DNA from: Tissierellia bacterium
GTDB lineage: Bacteria; Bacillota; Clostridia; Tissierellales; Peptoniphilaceae
Reading direction: 5' to 3'
DNA: 64,000 nucleotides
NCBI GenBank assembly: GCA_030540635.1
Contig: JAUNVW010000001.1
Span: forward strand, 17,973-81,972
Part shown: piece after piece, positions 63,082 to 64,000 of the stretch
How positions within the stretch are numbered: position 1 is the first letter of the stretch
Layout of the letters: each line of letters starts with the position of its first letter
Position numbers and translations under genes: made by a program
The notes under the pieces: model-generated
The model's input: only the letters and a program-made list of their open reading frames with translations
Database searches by the model: none
Told to the model about the DNA's origin: nothing

Positions 63082-63303
63082 TTATATAACCGCTAATCCT
63101 ATTGCCGATATCATAAATAATACGGCACCTACAACGACAACTCGATTGATTAATTGATCTTTTGTCGTGGTATTTCCCGATCCTCCTAGATTTGTTTCTG
63201 CCGAAATGGCCGCCAAACCTTCAGTTTTAGCATCTTGCATCAGTACCGATATAATAATGGCCAAACTAGAGATTACCATGATGATCGTAAAGAATGTTCT
63301 CAT
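63082..63303 (-). CDS. secG: Preprotein translocase subunit SecG
   Basis: 73 aa, two TM segments with a Gly-rich loop (LGGSGN). Confidence 0.8.
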   Translation of the reverse strand: MRTFFTIIMVISSLAIIISVLMQDAKTEGLAAISAETNLGGSGNTTTKDQLINRVVVVGAVLFMISAIGLAVI

Positions 63304-63415
63304 TCATACACCTCCATAATTTCCTATTCAATCTCTATAAATAGTATCATAATCTCAGTAATTAATCAAGAATTCCACCATTGATAAAAGATAAAAACCG
63401 AAGGAATAAATGCAG

Positions 63416-64000
63416 TTATTCCTCCGGTTCATCCTTTGAATTATCCCCATCTATACTTGGATTTTCCTCTTCGACCAATGCTTTATGAATTTCTACTTTT
63501 ATCTGTCCTGGTGTAATGGAATGAAGCTGTAATGGTTCAGGAACTTGAACTTGTATTGGTAATGAATAGGATCCTTCCAAATTGTTTCCTAAGGATATCG
63601 ATAATTGGATTTTATCGGTATTGATATTATCGAGATCTTTTTTTGACCCCTTTAATATAACTTGAATTTTTCCTGTCATATTTAATTGATATTCTGTACC
63701 TTCTCGCACATCGTGAACCTCAATACGATTCCCGGGTATTTCAAACTTTCGTTCTTGTATATTATCGACGATGGCCTTCACTCTAACCGTATCTTTCTCA
63801 CCAGTAATTTCAATTTGATCCGGTAGATTTAATGCTTGTTCCCAAGTCGTACTTTTATCCAATTCGTCTAGTTTAATCGGTAATGTTTCGATTTTTTCAA
63901 TGGAGCTTATTTTATTCTGGGGTCCTGTGATGAGCACTTTTTTATCGATTAATTCCAAAGATTCTAAAAAGAAATGATTGTTGACTTCCCCTTGGGTGAT
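63416..64000 (-). CDS. cdaR: YbbR-domain protein (CdaR-like); the N-terminus lies beyond the right edge
   Basis: YbbR-like repeats (..VRVKAIVDNI.., ..LPIQVQVPEP..). The frame stays open upstream of the listed Met through to position 64000. Confidence 0.65.
   Translation of the reverse strand: MTQGEVNNHFFLESLELIDKKVLITGPQNKISSIEKIETLPIKLDELDKSTTWEQALNLPDQIEITGEKDTVRVKAIVDNIQERKFEIPGNRIEVHDVREGTEYQLNMTGKIQVILKGSKKDLDNINTDKIQLSISLGNNLEGSYSLPIQVQVPEPLQLHSITPGQIKVEIHKALVEEENPSIDGDNSKDEPEE

Overview
The window looks like low-GC Firmicute chromosome, and the gene content suggests an anaerobic Clostridia/Tissierellia-type organism (inference only). It is mostly conserved housekeeping DNA, largely on the minus strand. 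Contents in order: dnaE (partial), whiA, a type IV pilin plus prepilin peptidase pair, ferritin, a complete glycine-cleavage operon (gcvT-H-PA-PB-lpdA), a two-component system, one decayed IS3-family element, groESL with a CIRCE operator, glyQS behind a Gly T-box, an SOS module (SRAP peptidase divergent from a Y-family polymerase across a LexA box), tig-clpP-clpX-lon, a CWB2-anchored amidase, feoA-feoA-feoB with a Fur box, luxS, tdk, a MATE pump with an orphan response regulator, comEA-selD, a lysine operon (L-box, lysA-lysC-dapA-dapB-ddh), map, a membrane pyrophosphatase, secG and cdaR (partial). I found no CRISPR array, tRNA or rRNA, and no clear-cut novel multi-gene system. The observations most worth a second look are:
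- selD has an in-frame UGA (selenocysteine) that the ORF track truncates.
- The IS sits exactly in the loop of the groESL terminator palindrome.
- An uncharacterised 88-aa ORF is coupled to the LexA-controlled Y-family polymerase.
- A three-gene block of unknown function lies at 49.7-51.6 kb (weak macro-like, Zn-hydrolase-like, unknown).
- An orphan OmpR-type regulator lacks the conserved receiver lysine.

Hand-derived coordinates are good to about +/-3 nt. All family assignments come from motif recognition by eye, not from database searches.
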